From a bacterium (GTDB taxonomy: Bacteria > UBA8248), in NCBI GenBank assembly GCA_965213685.1, contig CBDBZY010000064.1:256001-320000 (forward strand): DNA of 64,000 nucleotides. The letters run 5' to 3'. Positions 41,071 through 54,492 of this stretch are shown here, one piece after another (the stretch's first letter is position 1; each line of letters opens with the position of its first letter). Position numbers and translations under genes: made by a program. The notes under the pieces are model-generated. The model did not search any database and was not told the DNA's origin. It worked only from the letters and a program-made list of their open reading frames with translations.

Positions 41071-43001
41071 TCAAAGTTCTCGATAGCCCTGTGTTCTCTT
41101 GACACAGGGACTGATAGTAAACATAAATCCATCCTGGATGTGTAGGAATCAGGTAGATGATTATTCTAGGTGTAATGAGGTCGTACCTTGATAAGAAAGG
41201 GAAGGTCAGTCCAGAATCCATAATTGGGGATCACCTCCAATCCTCGGGCCCCCCTCCTGGTGTACATGTAGATCCCTCCGATCACAAAGTATAACACAAT
41301 AGCACCTATAGCTCTGTAAGGGATAATAGTACAGATGTAACCTTAATCTCAACACAATGGTCACAATATACACAGTAGTTTTCACAGGGTGCTTATGCCA
41401 GGCCTATACATTACATGCAGACAATAGACCACATTATACTTCTTCTTATTCAGTACATTGCCCTATTCATGCATATATTTATGTACTTCTAAATACATTA
41501 TGTGCTCTTAACATTTAATAATACTCACATGGAAATCAGCACCCAACCAACCACTCCTCCTTCTACTCCACCACCTCCACCATGTCCTCCACTGTAGGGA
41601 GCTATAGCACTCCCAGTCACTGTGAACGTCTGTGTACAGTAACCAGTAGATTATGCAATGGAAGCATATTTTCCCGAAGCTGACTTATTCTGCTGATCAC
41701 AGGTGCTAGTGTTGAAGCACATACATGTGGCAAGTAAGAAACACTATCAGTGTAGCTGTCTCCTGTGCAAGACGTCTGAGAAAACATGCCTCTTAGTGCT
41801 GTACATGGTTTTATGCTACCAAAGAAATGCACTACCACAAACATACGGATATGTAAATACATGTATGTATAATGTGATTATGATTATTTAACATACATAG
41901 AGACTGAGACCAGTGTTCTCACTCCTGAAACTGATTGATGACGCTCCATTTGTGTGCTCAAATGAGAACTTGGAGTTCCTATGTTAAAATGTCCACATAG
42001 TGACAATAAGTGTGGAGAGCAGTGGATGATTGTAATATACCTTTTAAACACGTACTGCTCTATACTTAACAACCTTTTGTCATCACCATTTTTGTATGCA
42101 ATATCAAACTTAAGTGGACTGGTGGTAGATATGGTCCACTTCATATCACTCTGTCGACCAAGTGCATGCCACGCATTTTGAGAGATCACCTTCTGGCATG
42201 CCTGTAGAAAGTTAATATAATTATAGGGAGAATGCATATTAAAACCATTTTTCATTTAGTATAATTATGCAACACCCTTTGTAACAGTACCACGTGCCCA
42301 AGTGGGGCTCACCACTGCAGGCTCAGCTGAGGTAACATCTCCACAGTGAACTTGAGTGCAGGGGCTGAACTGGAAGGTATACTTAGGTTCCGAGGGAGAT
42401 GGTACCACCCTATGAAAGTATGCATTATAATATATGTATTATACATACAATGTATGATATTTCCTATAGAGAAGTAGCTTCTAAAGCCTAATTGGTATGT
42501 ACGCATCCTTGAATTGTACATGTGTCATAAGCTGTGCAAACAAAGAGACTTATATGGCATGAATATGTGTGGATTCTCCTTTGACAGTATTCATGACTCA
42601 TGTGACTGCGTGGGGATGCCCTCTATTGGCCTGTAGGTAGCTACATGTATCCATGCGTGACTGTGTAAGAGGCAGTAACGTCTCGTCTAGTGTGGCAGAA
42701 GCACTGGGCTATAGATATACTATGAGAGTAACTACAGCACTGTATATCAATGTGCTACCGCATATATACATGCACAACTTCGCTCCTAGGCCTACGCTGG
42801 GTGTAGTTACGCGTGCAGGACTCACGGATAGTGGAAAAGACCGGAAATATCGATAGTGAGGCTTTTATTTTTGGTAGAGCAGCGACAAAAATTGTCCTGG
42901 TGGACAATGCAGTCCTCCATCGCTGTTACTAAGGCGCAGAAGGTAACAACTAAGACTACAGTAGCGAAAAACCTCCATGGTATCTCGCTGAACGCATACA
43001 T
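41071..43001 (-). CDS. MRH receptor copy E (~257 aa), canonical CD-MPR/ATG27-like tail
   Basis: Exons 43001-42826, 42409-42313, 42201-42074, 41978-41897, 41629-41529, 41313-41187, 41133-41071. Tail YTRRGARGLEVIPNYGFWTDLPFLIKDGFMFTISPCVKRTQGYREL*. Q/R/E/Y residues are present. Confidence 0.88.
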
Positions 43002-43629
43002 AGTTCAGTCAGGAATTATATCTCCGAATATTGCCTCGTCCGCGTTTCTCCAACATATTAAAAGTCACATGACGCAACCAATAGTAGTCTGGCGTAACCA
43101 GAAGGGTGTGGTCAGGCTACGCCAGACTAATTCTGGGGCGAACGTGAGCCAGCTTTAAGAATTCAAAAGTGCGTCAATAAAGCAGCTTTCTAATGAATTC
43201 TGAGCTCACTGGAGCTGCAAAATATTGCATGCACTACCAATTCAGAATCTATGAACTACATGCTTTCCTTTGTAGGTCTATATACTACTTTCTGGGCCTT
43301 TAATTCTGGCAGCCATCCATAAACACAGTCCTGGAAGCAAAACAGTATATATATGACAGACATTCTTGTTAATGTAACAGACACTATCTAATTGCTCTAT
43401 AGTGGTGCAATGTTTTTGAACAGCCATCATACCTCTTCCCCCCCTTCCCCTTCCCTCTCTCCCCTCCCTTCACTTTATAGACCAAACACTACAATAGATT
43501 ATAGTACTTAATACTGATAATCTGCTCCTTGTCATCAGGTCAACACAAACTGAACAGGATGCTGCAGCAGCACCATACTCTGTGTTGTACTAGAAACATT
43601 TATCTTTACATGGTATAATCAAGTAGTTC

Positions 43630-44355
43630 TGCATGGGGGTTGAGTCTATTAAGTACCTTGGACTGCTCTTGTCTTCAGACCTTTCCTGGGCACAGCATAT
43701 TGATGCAATTTGTGCAAAAGCTAAAAAACTGATTGGACTATGCTACAGATGATTTTATAAACATACAGGCCCCAAGTATTTTCTTCAACTATATCTCACA
43801 TTGATAAGACCTCATACTGTATGCAAGTCAAGTATCACAATGGAGCCCATATCTGCAAAAAGACATTGACCGTCTTGAAGGTGTGCAAAAATTTGCACTG
43901 CACATGTGCTCTAAGCAGTGGAAAGTGGGATACCATAATCTATATATGTGTACATTTTGGTGTTCCCAGTTTGAGTGACCGCAGACTGTACTTAAACCTG
44001 TGTATGATGTATAAGATAATATATACATAACTTAATTTACTTCCCAGTTGGTGTTTTTGTCCCACCTGTCATGTTTTCTTGGAAAATAAGGTTATAGCAT
44101 GGTCCAGGTCATCTGCTATATAACCAGTTGTATGTTCAGCCGTTTGCTCACACCAATGCATACTATTATTCCTTTGTACCTAGCACATGCTCTGTTTGGA
44201 ACGCTTTACCTTCCTCTATAACACAGTGTAGTACCTTAACATCATTTAAGTCGTCACTTGGAAACTTTTTGTTGTAAGGGTATGCCATGCATTAGCATAT
44301 ATACTGCTATGTGTATATCTATTGCAGAATTGCATAAACGTTCATAGAAAAAAAA
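43630..44355 (+). mobile_element. Degenerate LINE 3' fragment with short poly(A)
   Basis: IKYLGLLLSSDLSWAQHIDAICAKAKKLIGL, similar to the 13.6-kb LINE; A-tract at ~44347. Confidence 0.75.
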
Positions 44356-44399
44356 TGGAGTGCACAAAGATAAGACTTGTATGGAAAGCCTCCCTCAAC

Positions 44400-45650
44400 T
44401 CAGTTGTGTGAAAAAGACCCCTGAATGGTCAAAATGGGTTGGGCAACTTGGATTAGAAGGTCTCCAGTATTGGTGAAAAAATATTTGTTTAGAAGGGCCC
44501 TCTAAACTGGTTGATTTCAGGTATGCTGAAACTTCATGCTGGTTATTAGGCTCTTGTTTGTCCATCAATGCCAGCAGCCAACTCGTCAGCATCAAGATAT
44601 TTGTTCACTCTCTCTTCCCCTCTTGATGTACTTTTCTAGTGGAGCCACCAGAGCCTCTCTATTTTCTGTTTTTGTCCTTCAGGGGGATGTCTAACTAAGT
44701 GCAACCATGTAGTCCCCTGTCCTTGGCCTCTATCTCCCAGACGTCTTCTTCTTCTTCTGGCAATGAGCTATGTGGCAAAGTTCAACGACACTTAGAAGTT
44801 GTTTTGTTGTTCATTCCAATGACCATTAAATTTTTGGCTGCAGTATGTGGCAGCAGATTGTTGTTGAAGGGCAGGTACATGTTTTCTTGGAAAATAAGGT
44901 TATAGCATGGCCCTGACTTGTATCTTTTACTGCATGAGAAAACCTTCCCATGAACAGACAATGAACAGGAAAAGAGAATCACTGCAGCAGGAGATCTGTC
45001 AACTCAAGCCATTTAAAATCAGCAGTGTGAAGAGATGCTGATGGAAGCAGTGAAAAGCAGTGGAACTCACAAAAAGTGTCAGGAAGCCTTCATGAACTCA
45101 CAGCTACTGGACATAACCAACAGAGATTAACTGGCAAAACCACAGGCAAGCTGTTGGACCAGTAGCCAGTGAAGTGCTGGAGAAACAGAAAGAGAACTGA
45201 ACCAACTAGGAGACTTATGAGAATTTCTATTCCACCTGGTAAGGTGGAGGTCATTGGATAGGGATCTGATTAAGCAAAGCTGTGCTGGCAACCTTTGGTG
45301 AAGACCCCTGAGGCTGTTGAGAGTTATTTGGTGTGGAAACGAGAGAAGGAAAAGCAGTGGGAACGAGTAAGGGAGACCAAGAGAACAAAAATCCCCATCA
45401 AACATTCTGTAACAGTGAATATTATGAGCATTGTTAGTGATGAGTATCATGACTTGGGTTCCTCTGTCATGACTGAGTATTGGCATGATTGTGGTTCTCT
45501 CAGCCTGATCCACGGCAGTGGGAACATTCCAATCAAGCCTTCTATGATGATGCCAGCACAGAACCCCTGAGATGTGGGAAGAATGGGAGGATGTAGTCAT
45601 GAGTACACTGCTATTCAGTACATAGCTATTCATTCACAGTTTTAGGTTTG
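44400..45650 (-). mobile_element. Highly degenerate LINE ORF2 5' (endonuclease) region
   Basis: SHDRGTQVMILITN resembles the APE motif PTH..G..LDL.LTN; many stops and frameshifts. Confidence 0.4.
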
Positions 45651-46013
45651 AAATAAAATCCCTTAAGAAGAAGAAGGTGCACAAATTGTTTTCTGTCAGT
45701 AAGTCTAGGGATGCAATATATAGCTACTTGGAGGGTATTGTGAGGTAAAGAAACATTGAAGTAGGGTAACTAGGTGCCCAGAAATCCTTAAAACACAAGT
45801 GTTTGCGAGTTAAGAAGACTTTCATATGTACACATACTATGGCTACATAAAGAGTCTACTGCCTCTCTGATAGATTAGTAGTTGCCAATGGACTGCATTT
45901 ACTTGACAATCATCAGCAAATAAAAATACACTGATCATACAAATACACAGATGACATGGCTATTTACACCACATTAGTTTTGTACATAGTGTTCTTTTAT
46001 GTTCTGTTTGTAG

Positions 46014-48349
46014 CTATGTTCTTTCATATCCTGATACTCCTCTGATTTTGTTAACACAAGGCTTGAAAGTGAACACAAATCCATCCTACAGTGGAAGTAG
46101 ACATGTGGATCACTCAGCATGTCACAGTTCACATATTGTGAATGCTAAGAACATGTATACTATATCAGATGACCTAACACACAATGCACACTGATGCTGG
46201 TGTGTGTATTATAGTCTACCTTAATGAGAAATGGCAGTTCCTTCCAGAAATGTATGTTTGGAATCACCTCCAACCCTCTGGCTCCTTTCACTTTGTAATT
46301 TACTATACTCCCAATAATGAAGTATGCAATCATCCCTGCCAGTGCACTGCAGATGGTGGTTGAAGTAATCATCAAGCGTCGCATAGATTATACATACATG
46401 TACATGATATAATTATGTTATCCTGATACAAAAGTAACAGCATAATGAAGACAGTAAAGGATGCTATGACGAAGATACCCTGCTTGATGATGCGCTCACT
46501 GTGGTGGAACTCACAGTGAAATAATGACCAATCCAATTACTCCGGCCACTCCTCCTCCTCCTCCTCCTCCTCCTCCTCCTCCAGTGCTTGGTGTGTAGGG
46601 ACCAACAACTCTTCCTGTCATTTCAAAATCCTAAAATAATGTAAAACTATAAGCAGCACAAGTATGAAGTATATAATCTGCTAGAATAATTGTAGAATGT
46701 AAATAATTTTTGCTTATAATTCATATAGAAATAACATAAAATATTTAGCCTAATTGGGAAAAGAAGTGTGCTGAAGCTGCATATGATCCGTGCATAAGAG
46801 AAAGGCTATGCTTACATAGACAAGTTGTGGATATTCTTCTACAAAGGTAATGCTAGGCTGAATGGTGTCCGAGTATGTGAAGGTGACCTTTGTCTCCCTG
46901 GAATAAGATGGGGTGTATGTAGATGGAGTAATTTGCAATGTGAGAAAGAGGGGGAAGAAACGTGAATATCCTGAAAATTATTGTGTGTATCAAAATTAAT
47001 GAGTACTGACATCCCATTATTGTTTTTCTCTGTAGAGATAATCACAAGTGTCACATACTACATTTGAGTACCTGGGTGTTCCATCTGGGCCTGGTTCTCC
47101 ATCCGAGTAGGTTATGGTGAAGTTCAGGGGCTCATACTGATAAATTGTCCATGACAATCCATTGAGTCGTCCGAGCACGAACCACCGATCAAGATCAAAC
47201 GCATACTGACACATCTATATAGAATTAGTATACACCAGCTCAAAGTAGCTTCTACTGCTTGCAAAGTACACAGGTTATTAAATAGAGAAAAACAGGTTAT
47301 TTTACGGACAGAAGTCTTAATTGCATATGTACATATAAAAAGTATATAGGGTGGTGCCAGAAGTAGAAGGTACTCCACACAATGAGCATAATAACAGTCT
47401 ACTACAGCCTACACAAAAACACAGGGAGCTGACAACCATAGTATGGATGTGGAATGACTATTGTAGTGGTTATAGTTTACTACAACGCATACAACTTATG
47501 TATGTACAGTGCAACATCACCAAAGTTGAAAGTTCACATTGTCAATTTAGTTCAAAGCACTTACTGTGCCACCCTCAATGTCAGCAGCACAGGAGATTTC
47601 CTTACATGGGCTGAATTTGTATGAATACTGAGTTGGGTTTGGAGAGATTGCTTCTACACTATGTGTGAGGAAGCACATATGATAATAAACAAACATGTGG
47701 TATATACTCTGTACATCATATAGATACATGTGTTATGCACATACAAGAGCAGTGCAAGTATCTAGATGATGTGCATAGGTGTATGCGAGGCATAAATATT
47801 GGGGGGGCTGACAAGAGTGCAAAGCCTTTAAGCACTTTGGGGAGGAGTTTATAGTTACAAGGCATCTACGATCCAGAGAAATATTGGGGGGGGGGGCTCC
47901 AGCCCCCACAGCCCCCCCCCCCCCTTATGAAATTGTAGTCTCGCGCGCCAGACCCTTGTTTTTCCAAGGGTCTGGCACGCGAGACTAATGAAATTGTGCA
48001 GAGTGAGGGGGAGGGGAAATGCTATAAGACGCACCCGCACGTCTCCGCGTAAGCTTAGAGTAGACAAACATCGCGAAGACAAAATGGCTACAAGGTGTCC
48101 GAGCAGAGGGAAGAATCAAGCCCGGTTACGCTAGCCTGTGGCCATGTAGGTACGTACGGAATCACCGCGCCCAGCTCCTTCGGAAACTTACGGGTATTTG
48201 AAATAGTGGCCAATGTCCAGGCGCGTCCCGTTACTTGTCGTGCATTGACACTTATTGCTGGAGTCTATCAAGCATGCATCTTGAGTGCACACGAAGCCGA
48301 GGAGCGCCAGGCTAAGAGCACTGAGGAGTAGCCAGCACCTATCCTCCAT
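46014..48349 (-). CDS. MRH receptor copy F (~263 aa), canonical-type tail
   Basis: Exons 48349-48192, 47658-47565, 47214-47072, 46897-46816, 46630-46515, 46346-46220, 46085-46014. Tail KVKGARGLEVIPNIHFWKELPFLIKDGFVFTFKPCVNKIRGVSGYERT*. Confidence 0.88.
47936..47987. mobile_element. 52-bp palindromic mini-transposon, TAG..CTA termini, 9-bp TSD ATGAAATTG (AcademH-type)
   Basis: atgaaattg|tagtctcgcgcgccagaccc...gggtctggcacgcgagacta|atgaaattg. Confidence 0.8.
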
Positions 48350-48918
48350 TTTGCATCTCTTGTTTTCACACAGTAGATGCCGTGGCTTAATTATTCACTG
48401 CACTGCGAGCAAATTCACAGCCGTCTGTTTACCTATCGCATGACTGTCATAACGTCACTATGGGCGGGGCTCTGCATGTGCACAGTAGTGGTGCACTAAG
48501 ACGTAGGGCTATGCACAGTTAGAACTCTCCCGGGGGCGGAGGAGCCAGCTGAGTATTGGGGGGGGGGGGGGGGGGGGGGGGGGCGAATCTCCATCGCGAG
48601 CTCATTGTACGTACGTACGTATGTAAAACTGCCGCCCCTGTCTCCTAGTAGCTTATTGTCGGAGTCCGACATGCAGAGTCACCGTAAATGTATTACTAAA
48701 GCACCTATTCCCCGAATGTAGCAGGTAGGCTGCAATCATGTGCCTTGATATTCTGGGTTCACTCTACGAACCAGACGTTTCCCTCGTGAATGCAGCTTTG
48801 AGAATGAATATATCAGTCTCGACAGCAATAATACTTGCACAGTTCTTAGCTATATGAATAATTATGCTTGTAATTATTCATGTACAATACTACCCTCGGA
48901 CTATAGTAACGTTTGTGC

Positions 48919-49004
<86 letters not shown>

Positions 49005-49228
49005 AAAAACTTTTAAGATTTGTGCCTTCAACATGTAATATGCATGCCTAGTAATAAGTTACAGCGTCATTTGATTGAAGTTAATAATAGTAATAATGCA
49101 AAGGGAATATTATTGTGAAGAGATGCAGGCATACGTACAATATATACATGCAAAAAGCCATATGACTCAGTATAAAAAGAGCACACAGTTTCTATGTTCA
49201 CAGGCAGAGCTATACAGTCTCATACACA

Positions 49229-52200
49229 TCACATTTTTTCATATCCTAGTCTTCCTCTAATCATGTTGACACAGGGACCAAAAGTGAAAACAAAACCATC
49301 CTGAAAGAAACAGATAAAGGAGTATATATCAGCATATGAACAGAGTGTTGAACTCTGGGTTAGTAACCTTAATAAGAAAGGGTAGGTCCTTCCAGAATGC
49401 CAAATTAGGAATAACGTCCAATCCTCTAGCCTCCTTTGCTTGGTACATGTAGATTCCTCCGACCACAAAGTAAGTAATCACTCCGACAATTGCCCTGTAG
49501 GTGAAAGTCAGTTGACAATGTAAAGCTATTGTCTATACTAGCAATCCAACAGGCCACTAAAACAGAGGTTCTGTATCACATGGTTCTACAACTGTAGCAC
49601 TAGCCAAAACATAATATTATAAGCCAAACGTTTCGACTGCCCTCCAGCAGTCTTCTTCAGTGGCAAATGACACACAGAGTACAGCACACAAGTACATAGC
49701 AACGAACAATACTACAGTTGTAGAACCGTGTGTTATGGATTCACCTAGCCACACAGGCCTCTATAGAGGCTCTGTATGATGTACAGTGGAGCCTCTGAAC
49801 AACGGACACATTGGGAGCAGGCCTTTTGTCCGTTGCAGAGAGGTGTCCCTATCTGGGAGATTGACTCTCATGTAACTTGGTTCTACCCTTAAGTACACTC
49901 TACCAACTGTTGCTTAAGCATATTAGTGGCCATAGCAACTTGGCCTGAGCTACGCCGTAGTATCCTTGGTACACACATGGAGCCACGCCTTCTCTTGTGC
50001 AAGGGGGCGTGGCTTTCAGTCTGTCCACTCTTAGAAGCTTTTTTTTACAGCCATGATCATTCTGGGCCTAGCTGAGTGTTCGTTGTCCAGAACAGAGAGG
50101 CTACAATTGTCCATTTCTCGGAGGTTAAAAATGTACTAGATGCATGCTAAAATCAAACGGTGCCTTTCGTGCTGTCCGTTGTATGGAGGTTGTCCGCATC
50201 TCGGAGGGTCCGTTAAGGGAGGTTCTACTGTAGTAGCAGATGTATAGAGATACTGAAGAGAGCATTGCATGCCCCCATCGTTATTCCTCTTTGTCATTAG
50301 AATCACTCAAAAATGAAGGCTGTAAAATCCTCAAAGTAATCAAAGATCAGAATAGAAATGTCATCCCTTCAATCCCATGGCACAGTATGCTCTGTTCAAT
50401 ACTAGAAATGTACGCCACCAGTGCTTGGAAGCAGGCACCTTGTGAATGTGTCTGCCACAAATAGTCTAGTGCCTATGGTTCTATCAGGGAAGGCAGTGAA
50501 CTCCAATACCTACATGCTCCTATACATCTTCTATCTAGTCTACTATGCAACTATTAATGTCAATACACATGTGGACAAACGTTGGTTACTGACAGTGCAA
50601 TGATGACCCAGCCAATCACTCCAGCTTCTGTTCCTCCTCCTCCACCTCCTCCTCCACTGCTTTGTGAGACAAAAGCAACAACCTTTCCTGTTGCTGCAAA
50701 CTCCTGGATTTGAACAAAAAACTATACTACATAAAACATTGATGGTGTAAATCTATTGGCAATTTAATAAGGAACTATCTGTATTTCACTAAAGGTTTGC
50801 CTGAACCTTCATGCATTATAGTGAGTCTGGCTACATAGCCTGAGAGCTTTACAAGTACGTACATTAAGTGAGGAGGCAAGAGGCCCTTTGGATGCTTCTG
50901 CAGTTGAATGAACAACTTTGGAGAATTAATAGAGAGTGCCAACACCACACAATGGATGTATTCTCCGAAGCAGAATGATGAGGTGTGATGGGATATGCTC
51001 AGGTTTCCCAAGCCAAAACATTCTAAAGGAAGGTTGACTCATATCTCACATGTATTGAGGAAGTAGAGAGCTCATCCCAGTTTATGCATGAACATCTAGG
51101 CTAAAGATTCAAACTGGGATTAATACACCGATGAGAGATAAACAAACGTGTTGGAAAAAATATAAAAACAGACTTATGGATAACGTACAATGGTCATTAC
51201 TGCCATGTCAAAAAATAGTGTACTGCATGAAAATACAACAATACTTTTATAATATCAACCTACATAGGTAACATCAGGAAGTTCCTCTGAAAATGCAATT
51301 GTTGGAGGGTCCGTTTTTGAGTATGTAAATCTCATTTTTGCTTGTCTAAGGGAAGAAGAGCGATACCGATCAATATGCTACTATTATAGAGTCAGTAGAC
51401 TCTCTATGTAGGAGTGGGGCTGACACACCCATGGCATAATGCGTGTACATTTCTAAACTCCTAAACATCATTGTCACAGCACAATGCTGTTCCCTATAAT
51501 CTTCTAGCATAGGCTAAAGAGAATGCCATGCAAGTACTAAAAACGATGCAGGAATGTGGTTTTTGTGTGCCCTAGCTGTCTTCCCTGCACACTGCCATCC
51601 CTACGCTTAGCTTCTGCGGTTTTGACACTGCCATCCCTAACATCCTTCTACCATTTTTGAAAATGTATTGATAACGTATGTTGCAGTTTTGCATACTGCT
51701 TACCTTGCAGTACCATCTGAATCAGGATCTCCATCAAAATAGTTAATAGTAAAATAGAGGGGGTCGTAATCATTTATAAACCACGTCATGTCACTAGTCT
51801 GTCGGCCCAGTACAGTCCAACGATCTTGTGAAATTATGTACTGGCATACCTGCAATGCAGATAGTAGTAATTTAGAGAATATGCCTTTGTAAGTACAATG
51901 TACGTATTATATAGTAAGTGCTAATGTAGAGTAATGTGACATAGCCTATAGTAAGAAAGTTACTTTTTTCTGTCACTCTGAGGCAGGTTATGTGACAGCA
52001 TACAATAAGCATGATCCATGTACACATGTTAGCTATCAAGGGGCTAAGACAATTATTTGTACTTACTGTTCCCACATCAACATCTGGCTCACAGACCATC
52101 GGTGTACAAGGATTGAATTTGTATGAATACTTTGCTGGGTCATCAGACAGAACGTCCACACTGTATGGGTAGAGCCCAGAATGGCAACAGTACATGTATA

Positions 52201-53620
52201 CATGTATCCTCCAGCACTTTCTACTTGTTCAATATTATGTATGTGTATAGTTAGGACAATGAAGGTGTTCATAGTTCCACCGTCCCTGCGCAATGAATCT
52301 TTTGTTTCACTGAATGACCTTGGACTCTCTAACTCTCCTGATGTTGGAAGACTGATGCTATGCACAGTCATGCGATTAATATGTCATTTCCTACCCACAG
52401 TTAGCGTCAGTGCAGGAATACGAGTGTCATATCTATGTGTCTACACTTACATATTATCAGTGTAAATATTTGGTTGTACTATATATCCCTGCACCATGTC
52501 ATCATACTCCATGTGTAATTAGCTACCTCCAAAGTATCCTGTACTACTCACAATGTCATCATAAATATGTCATTAATGAGACATTTTTGTCATACAGAAT
52601 TGTGACATGGCAGAGTCTTTTACCTGTATAGTATAGCAAAAACATATATAGGAGGGCTAAGAGTATCAGTATACAGTATAGGCCATCATGACAGTCAAGA
52701 AGGAGTCAAATGTCACTTCAGGTACTTTCAAGTAGAAGGACAGATGTATATATACATTGCTTAATTTCTATGATCCCAACCACCAGAAACAAAGTAAATT
52801 GGTGCTCTAGAGTGAGGAGGATTATCCTTCCAGAGCACTCCATACCAAATTTGGTGCTAAAGCATGTAGTACTCATTTGGCTTGGTGTGCCATCACAATC
52901 AACATGCAAGATTGCATGCACATGTAGCAGTGTATAGCCGTGTACATAGTGCCCATTGTTAATAGTCTACACCATCATGACACAGAGGTTTCCTATTTCC
53001 TGTTGTTGGAAACTGCAATCAGTGAGAGACAAAATCAGTCATTGCTCAGCATTGTTCTGTCTCAGTCTGGCCCCAGCCCCCGTAGCTACGCCCAGTGCGG
53101 TGACAACGGGGACGGTGTACGCTTGTACAGCTTCTCGGCTTATCCGCCGACTCTAGCTGTTCCGATCCAAAATCAAAAGACGTAAATACGAACCTCGGGT
53201 TTGAGATAGTCTCGCGGGCCAGACCCTCTCGGCATGCCGAGAGGGTCTGGCCCGCGAGACTAGGTTTGAGAAAACAGCGCGAAACCCCAGTGGGTGACAG
53301 CTATGAACAAATGGCAGGGCACGCCTACTACTAGCGCTTATCTAGCTATAAACCTTAGTTGCAGCCTCGCCACAAGGCTCCTGCACGGTCTGGAGATTTG
53401 GCAGCGTGTTTAGTGTTCGCTGCAGTACACAATACAACGCTACACAGTTCTACTCAACTCACGGGTACTTGAAGTAGTTGGAAATGTCCAGCGTCTTATT
53501 ATTTGGCGCCTTACACTTACACTTGTTCGAGGCGTCTATAGTGCACTTGTCCAGACTGTGCACAGCATCTAACAACGCTAGGCAGAGAAGGCAGAACACT
53601 CTTAGTGACCAGCTCTCCAT
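49229..53620 (-). CDS. MRH receptor copy G (~262 aa), canonical tail
   Basis: Exons 53620-53463, 52160-52067, 51849-51704, 51345-51264, 50703-50594, 49494-49368, 49300-49229. Tail YQAKEARGLDVIPNLAFWKDLPFLIKDGFVFTFGPCVNMIRGRLGYEKM*. Confidence 0.88.
49623..49664 (-). ncRNA. Minimal type-I hammerhead ribozyme of a Penelope-like fragment (~49578-49764)
   Basis: GCCA-CUGAAGA-A-GACUGC-uggagg-GCAGUC-GAAA-CG-UU-UGGC gives the core boxes, stem II, a 4-bp stem I and a minimal stem III. Flanked by a ~20-bp inverted repeat and an imperfect agaggYtctgtat duplication. Confidence 0.7.
49784..50230. mobile_element. Tc1/mariner-type MITE with TA TSD
   Basis: ta|cagtggagcctctgaacaacggacac...gtccgttaagggaggttctactg|ta. 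Confidence 0.75.
53207..53262. mobile_element. 56-bp perfect-palindrome mini-transposon, 9-bp TSD GGTTTGAGA
   Basis: Present in intron 1 of copy G and absent at the paralogous empty sites (~58470, ~63922). Confidence 0.88.
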
Positions 53621-54175
53621 ATCTCTACATCCGAAATGCTGGTATATTAAACTGACTCAGTATTATTCATAACATTACGCCGTCACGTGTTGGCGTCACG
53701 TGGTTTACATAGTATATAATTATAACCGTAGTATGACCCTCCTACGTCCAAAATTGATAAAAACGTAACTATCTAAAATCTTTACTTTTGCTGCTTTACC
53801 TAGGCTTACGTACATAACTACACTCCCATCACTGATGATGATGATGATAAGGTCCACAGCCCTGCACTTCATCAGTCAGCTAGTCAGCTATATAACCATC
53901 ACGTGTATATATAGGATTCAAGCATATGCCGAGAGCCTGAGACACATGTCATATGTGTCTAACTAGCATGTGGCTATAATAACTTGTCCTCCCCAATTCT
54001 CATTCCCTTATTCACTTCCTTTTGTCCCTCCCCCACCACCTTATAACATCCAGTGAACAAAAAACCGAATTCTTACATGGCAAATCTGCATGACCTGTCT
54101 CACATGTTTTTAGTACAGGATAGGGATAAATGTCTTATACCTGACATTTAGCCCTATCCTCTACTGAAAATGTGT

Positions 54176-54221
<46 letters not shown>

Positions 54222-54492
54222 CAGACATAAAGAGGTGTAGAGTCATACAAGGCACTGGTACAGACATGACTGTACATGCCTAAAGATATGACATTGTGTT
54301 ATAATACTTGTCATGCAGCTACAGTATGTGAGAATGTGATCACATACATCACTGTGAATATACAAAGTATTATTATGTATACATCTTAGTTGATTAGGTA
54401 GAAAAAAAGGTGTGTAGCTATTAAATGGATGATTATAATCTTCCAGGTAGTCCTACTGTAATGATCAGAGTTCTTGATAGCTCTGTGCTTTC

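Noticed and set aside
52718-52937. Conserved intron-1 block (also ~58.0, 63.1 and 63.5 kb) with a WD-like 'YFVSGGWD' in one frame
   Set aside because: It has in-frame stops and indels between copies and no clear splice sites; the conservation is explained by recent duplication.
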